This document shows, in pieces, positions 62,920 to 64,000 of a stretch of 64,000 nucleotides of DNA. Positions within the stretch are counted from its first letter, which is position 1. Each line of letters starts with the position of its first letter. The stretch covers positions 64,001 to 128,000 of the IMG/VR virus record IMGVR_UViG_3300020201_000009. One strand, 5' to 3'. Position numbers and translations under genes: made by a program. The notes under the pieces are model-generated. The model saw nothing but the letters and a program-made list of their open reading frames with translations. It was not told where the DNA came from and searched no databases. This stretch comes from a virus.

Positions 62920-64000
62920 TAGAAAATCCTGAAATAATAAACATTGACAAATAAATAAAGTTTTATATGTATACAGACAAATCCCGCAATTGCCTATGTG
63001 GATCAGATTTAATTCCCAATTGGGAGTATGATGGTAATGGTATTCCACTCTGTAAAGTTTGTGATGAATGTAGAGACGAACAAATGAGTAAATACCGGGT
63101 GGAAATCGTATCCGCTCCCTATGACCAATCTCAGGTAGACGAACAAATTGACGAGGACTTGTAAAAATTATTAATATTATCAAAAGATAGAATAAAATAC
63201 TAAAATGAATATTATAAATACAACTACAATTAAACAAGTTAACGAAAACGAGCAAATTTCCTCCGCTATGTTTCTTTACATGGAGGCTCGCCAAGCTTTG
63301 GATAGGCTTATATGCCAACCGCATGTCTCACCCGATGAATATCAAAATGCATTTAATAAAGTTGCTATTTCTAGATCCTCATATGCTACTAAATATCTTC
63401 TACATAAAAAACCATTGGCTTGGGGCATAGTGTCAACGATCCACATTTCTACCAAATACAAGGCTAAAGTGGTAGTAGAAATACCATATAGCACATCCAG
63501 TATTTCAGTAGTTATTTTAGATATAAATGGGGCCGATTCGCCTGAGGAGGCTATTGATAATTTAGTGAAGAAGGCAAATATACCATATCCTTTAAATTGT
63601 CTAAATAGGAGTATTTAGGTTTACGGAAAATTTGGATACATTGGTAAAAAACGCGAAAAAATAAAGGTCAAAGGGCAAAAAAAAATCTTGAATGAGGCAT
63701 CCCGGCATGCTCTTATAGAAGCGTGAAAAATGAGCGCACCGGAAAACAACCGGAGAAAGATCCATGCCGGACTCCTTCGTTTCGGCCCGAAAACGGTTTT
63801 TCGCATTTCATTTGCCTTAACCGGCATTGTAAGATCTTAGTTGGTTATATAAACAATAAAATAGTAAGGTAATATATGTTATTCAACACTGATCCGAAAT
63901 TATATGGTTCACCAATTATTATAAACCGCTATGGAATGGTTTATTTTCAAGATGGTCTGAATGATTGCGTAGGAAGGTTTGCAAATTGTGACATTGCGTT

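Noticed and set aside
69-63827. Many minus-strand ORFs in the track (e.g. 31797-32333, 49695-50150, 61608-62081)
   Set aside because: They are antisense shadows of well-supported plus-strand genes with no recognisable motifs; only 16103-16405 was retained.
1-64000. Stop-codon recoding
   Set aside because: Core genes are full length in the standard code, TAG and TGA both terminate genes, and there is no convincing suppressor tRNA.
1-64000. CRISPR array or cas operon (Cas4-like gene at 18864)
   Set aside because: No repeat-spacer array seen; the nuclease sits in the replication module, as is common in phages.

Overview
An AT-rich, gene-dense segment of a large dsDNA tailed-phage genome, almost entirely coded on the + strand. 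No structural or packaging genes were recognised. About 0.5-11.6 kb holds glycosylation/sugar enzymes (GT9, GT2-like, HldD, Gmd), a class I ribonucleotide reductase with class Id signatures, two vWA proteins and ThyX. About 13-24.5 kb holds RecA, DnaB, primase, a PD-(D/E)XK nuclease and a DNA polymerase III split into PHP, DnaQ-like exonuclease and DnaE genes. About 25-48 kb holds ClpP, RNA-repair and probable anti-defence genes (Pnk, 2H phosphoesterase, RNA ligase, macrodomain, a NARP1-like NAMPT + Prs pair, NADAR) and many small hypotheticals. About 48-54 kb is a tRNA/ncRNA region with six tRNAs, all U34 and all with non-canonical T-arms. About 54-64 kb holds small early-type ORFs. The most striking observation is at 50.17-50.49 kb: a circularly permuted tRNA-like RNA in which the T-arm, acceptor 3' strand and CCA lie upstream of the acceptor 5' strand and D-arm, and a long stem replaces the anticodon loop. 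It sits directly behind a 251-aa coiled-coil gene and a hexamer-periodic tract, and a second non-canonical CCA-ending cloverleaf lies just upstream of the same gene. All calls come from motif recognition and base-pairing by eye; no searches or folding programs were run.
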